From Eledone cirrhosa (lineage: Eukaryota), in assembly GCA_964016885.1 (NCBI GenBank), contig OZ024763.1, positions 14,570,001 through 14,634,000 on the forward strand: DNA of 64,000 nucleotides. The letters run 5' to 3'. The position numbers and the translations under genes are program-made. The notes beneath the pieces are model-generated. The model did no database searches. It worked only from the letters and a program-made list of their open reading frames with translations, and was not told the DNA's origin. Shown here in pieces: positions 59,765-64,000 of this stretch. Position 1 is the first letter of the stretch; each line of letters opens with the position of its first letter.

Positions 59765-60500
59765 TAGATGCTGAGATATGTGGGTGGATCTACCTAGGAT
59801 ATTCTCTACCCTAGGGCCTCTAGTTTACTACGGCCCTGGGGTAGTTGATCAGTAGGGTGGGTGGCTCTACCTCAGATATTCTCTACCCCAGGACTTCTGG
59901 TTCTTTTACTTCGATTCTGGGGTAGATGCTGGGATAGGTGGGTGGATTTACCTCAGTTATTCTCTACCCCAGGACTTCTGGTGTTTACTTCGATTCTGGG
60001 GTAGCTGCTGTGATAGGTGGGTGGATTTACCTCAGTTATTCTGTACCACAGGATCTCTGGTTGTTTACTCCAGCCCTAGAGCAGATGCTGAGATGGGTGG
60101 GCAGATCTACCCCAGACGTTCTCTATCTCAGGGCCTCTGTTTTAGGCTTCTGAGGTAGATTATGAGTAGGGTGGGTGGCTCTACCTCTGATATTCTCAAC
60201 CCCAAGACTTCTGGTTGTTTACTCCGACCCTGGGGTAGACAATGAGATATGTGGGTGGCTCTACCTCTGATATTCTCAACCCCAAGACTTCTGGTTGTTT
60301 ACTCCGACCCTGGGGTAGACGATGAGATATGTGGGTGGAACTACCTCAGATATTCTCTAACCCAGGCCCTCTGGTTGTTTCCCCTCGAGTAAATGCTGGG
60401 ATAGGTAGGTGGGTCTACCTCATATTCTCTAGTCCAGAGCTCTGGAATAGAATCTGCGGCCCGGGGGGTAGGGCCTACCTCATATGTTCTCTACTCCAGG
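59765..60500. repeat. ~70-80-bp degenerate tandem repeat with an internal inverted repeat
   Basis: gtgggtggatctacctcagatattctctaccccagg...ctggggtag, ~9-10 units. Confidence 0.8.
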
Positions 60501-60671
60501 GTCTCCAATTGATTAAACCTGGTCCTCTGGGTCACGTAGCTTATGAGAAATACAGTAAAAGTACACGTGTCTGTGGAATACTCAGCCACTTACATAAGTA
60601 GGGAGTTCAACTGATTGGACGATTGGAAGGCGCCTTCATAGATTATTGATGATATATCGATTCATTTATGC

Positions 60672-60702
<31 letters not shown>

Positions 60703-60857
60703 TTTCTGGCTACGAAATAGTATACAGACACATACATACATGTAGGTAAGTGTGTGTGTGTGTGTGTGTCGATGTGTGTGTGTGTCGATGTGTGTGTGTG
60801 TCGATGTGTGGATGTGTGTGTGGGGGTGTAGGTGTGTGGGTGTGGGTGTGTGGATGT

Positions 60858-60891
<34 letters not shown>

Positions 60892-60920
60892 CTGTGTGTC
60901 TGTGTGTTTGTGTAGGTGTG

Positions 60921-60977
<57 letters not shown>

Positions 60978-60989
60978 ATATGTGTGTGG

Positions 60990-61034
<45 letters not shown>

Positions 61035-61153
61035 TGTGTGTCTGTGTGTGTGTGTACGTACTACTGTAGGCACTGCCAAAGCTATTTGGAAAGTATTTAA
61101 AATTAATTTCCCAAATTTAAACCTCGGTGGGCTTTTAAATATTCATTTTCAGC

Positions 61154-61207
<54 letters not shown>

Positions 61208-61677
61208 GGTGGGTGGGTGTGGGTGTGGGTGTGTGGGTGGGTGGGTGGGTGGGTGTGGGTGTGTGTGGGTGTGGTGTGTGTGTGTGGTGTGTGGGTGTGT
61301 GTTTGTGGGTGTGTGTGGGTGTGTGTGTGTGTGTGCTTACGCATACATAGACACACAAACACGTATGTATATCCATATATATACGTTTATATACAGTCAG
61401 ACCCACACACGTGTATATATATATAATTATATATATATACAGGCACACACACACAGGTGTATATATATATATATATATATACATATATATATAATAGGTA
61501 TCTAAACACAAATGTTGGAGCCATTATGTCAGAACGTGTGTCAATATTGTTATATTTATGTAACCCTGAAGTATACATACGTGTGTAGTTAACCGTGTCT
61601 ATATATATATATACATATATATATATACATATATATACATACATATACATACATATATACATATATATACGTACACA

Positions 61678-61720
<43 letters not shown>

Positions 61721-61845
61721 TTATACATATATATATGTGTGTGTGTATCTGAGTGTCTACATACTATGTCTATATATATATATATATACACACACGGTAA
61801 AGCGCTTTAGCAAATAACGTATACCTTTCTCTAAGACGTCTTCCT

Positions 61846-61886
<41 letters not shown>

Positions 61887-61991
61887 ATATAAATATATAT
61901 ATATAAAAATATATATATATTATATATAAAAATATATATATATATATATAAATATATAAATAAATATATATAAATATATAAATATATATAA

Positions 61992-62024
<33 letters not shown>

Positions 62025-62123
62025 AACATATATATAAACATATATATGTATAAATAAACATATATATATATGTATGTATTTAAGGTATATGTATCCTTTT
62101 GTCTATTGTATCGACGTAGATGA

Positions 62124-62170
<47 letters not shown>

Positions 62171-62189
62171 TGACTGAATACACACGTGC

Positions 62190-62370
62190 TTTTCTCAAAA
62201 AATAATTTTTTCTGTTCCTTCCTTTTCTCACTATCTTTCTATCTTCTGATGAAGGACTAGTGTCCGAAACATAAAAACCCTTTCCTACTAAATCAAGCCT
62301 TAAACTAATACATTTCTTTATTGTTCTGTGCTATTTGTTTCTTGTTTTCGTTTACTTTTTCAATACATAA
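62190..62370 (+). mobile_element. PLE-like terminal fragment with a degenerate hammerhead
   Basis: CTGATGA-AGGAC-TAGT-GTCC-GAAAC at 62246-62270, next to (TA)n; stems I and III decayed. Confidence 0.5.
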
Positions 62371-62586
62371 ACATACATCTATGCAAGTACCAGCAACAAG
62401 TACCAGTAATGCACTGAGGTCAATTTAATCTATTTTCTCCCCCCTTCCCCCTACCCCCAAAAAGATTGTTGGCCTTGTGCTTAAATCAAAAACCACTATT
62501 ATTACTATTGTTGTTGAAGGGTGGTAGATTGACAGAATCAGTAGAGCGTCCGGCACTATGCTTTGCGGCAAAAGTAGAAACAATTA

Positions 62587-63035
62587 TTACAGGGTCGATA
62601 AAATAAAGTACCAGTAATACACTGGGGAATTTGCTGGCCTTGTGCCTAAAGTAGAAACAATTATTACGGGGTTGATAAAGTACTAGTAATACACTGGGGT
62701 ATTTGTTGGCCTTGTGCCTAAAGTAGAAACAATTATTACGGGGTTGATAAAGTACTAGTAATACACTGGGGTATTTGCTGGCCTTGTGCCTAAAGTAGAA
62801 ACAATTATTACGGGGTTGATAAAGTGAAGTACCAGTAATACACTGGGGTATTTGCTGGCCTTGTGCCTAAAGTAGAAACAATTATTACGGGGTTGATAAA
62901 GTACTAGTAATACACTGGGGTATTTGCTGGCCTTGTGCCTAAAGTAGAAACAGTTATTACGGGGTTGATAAAGTGAAGTACCAGTAATACACTGGGGTAA
63001 TTGCTGGCCTTGTGCCTAAAGTAGAAACAGTTATT
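62587..63035 (+). repeat. Minisatellite built from a SINE 3' end (~61-66 bp, ~7 copies)
   Basis: ttacggggttgataaagtac.agtaatacactggggtatttgctggccttgtgcctaaagtagaaacaatta units. Confidence 0.9.
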
Positions 63036-63258
63036 ACTACTGTCCGTACAGTTGTCTGTTTACTTTAGACGTTTTAACAATTCACCTCCGCCTCCCTCCC
63101 GCCCCCAACAATAACAACAGCACACTCACACACACACACAAACACACACACAGTCAATTACACATACACGCGCATACATATAACTGCCATAATACTCACA
63201 TACACTCAGATGACAGCCATCACACACACATATATATAACAGCCATCACACACACACA

Positions 63259-63316
<58 letters not shown>

Positions 63317-63574
63317 ACAGCCATCACACACACACTCCCACACTCCTACTCACATACACACACTCATTCACATACACACACTCATTCACATACACACACT
63401 CATTCACATACACACACTCATTCACATACACACACTCATTCACATACACACACTCATTCACACACACTCACATACAACAGCCATCACACACACACACATG
63501 TATATATCACTGCCATAGTCGGCTGCCACCCACATTCAAGGTAGCTGGTGGTGGTGTGTAGATATCTGACATCA

Positions 63575-63644
<70 letters not shown>

Positions 63645-64000
63645 TCGCAGTATCTCACACACATGAGCATCACCACCACCACCACCATCACCATCACCAC
63701 ATCATCATCAACATCACTATCAACTCCATCATCACCACCATCACCACCACCACCATAACCACCATCACCACATCATCATCATCATCAACATCACTATCAA
63801 CTCCATCATCACCACCATCGTCAACATCACATCCACTATTCCCGCCACCACCACCACCACCATCACCAACACTATTCTCGCCACCACAACACCACCATCA
63901 CTACCGTTAACATCATCACGTTCATTATTATGGTCATCACTATCCGCATCATCATCATTGTCCTTATCTTTACCACCACCACCACCACATTATATATATA

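Overview
Eukaryotic, extremely repeat-rich DNA. The tRNA-derived Nin-domain SINEs, RTE/Tx1 LINE fragments and very long (TA)n/(CA)n/(ACC)n tracts suggest an octopus (cephalopod) genome; this is inference. Almost all long ORFs in the track are microsatellite artefacts. The only well-supported protein-coding gene is an intronless class A GPCR (FMRFamide/sex-peptide-receptor-like orphan, 28417-29523, +). Other notable content: (1) fold-back Penelope-like retroelement ends lodged in (TA)n, carrying type I hammerhead ribozymes, two with a complete core (5886-5956 +, 6132-6196 -); (2) a very compact divergent promoter candidate at ~34.6-34.9 kb, with a splice donor on each strand; (3) a higher-order tandem array at 39.5-47.5 kb in which a near-identical ~220 bp structured cassette (donor-like AAG|GTAAG, hairpins, Sm-site-like AATTTTGG) recurs six times between blocks of a 29-bp minisatellite; (4) many SINEs, SINE-derived tandem arrays, MITEs and minisatellites, plus a few orphan exon candidates.
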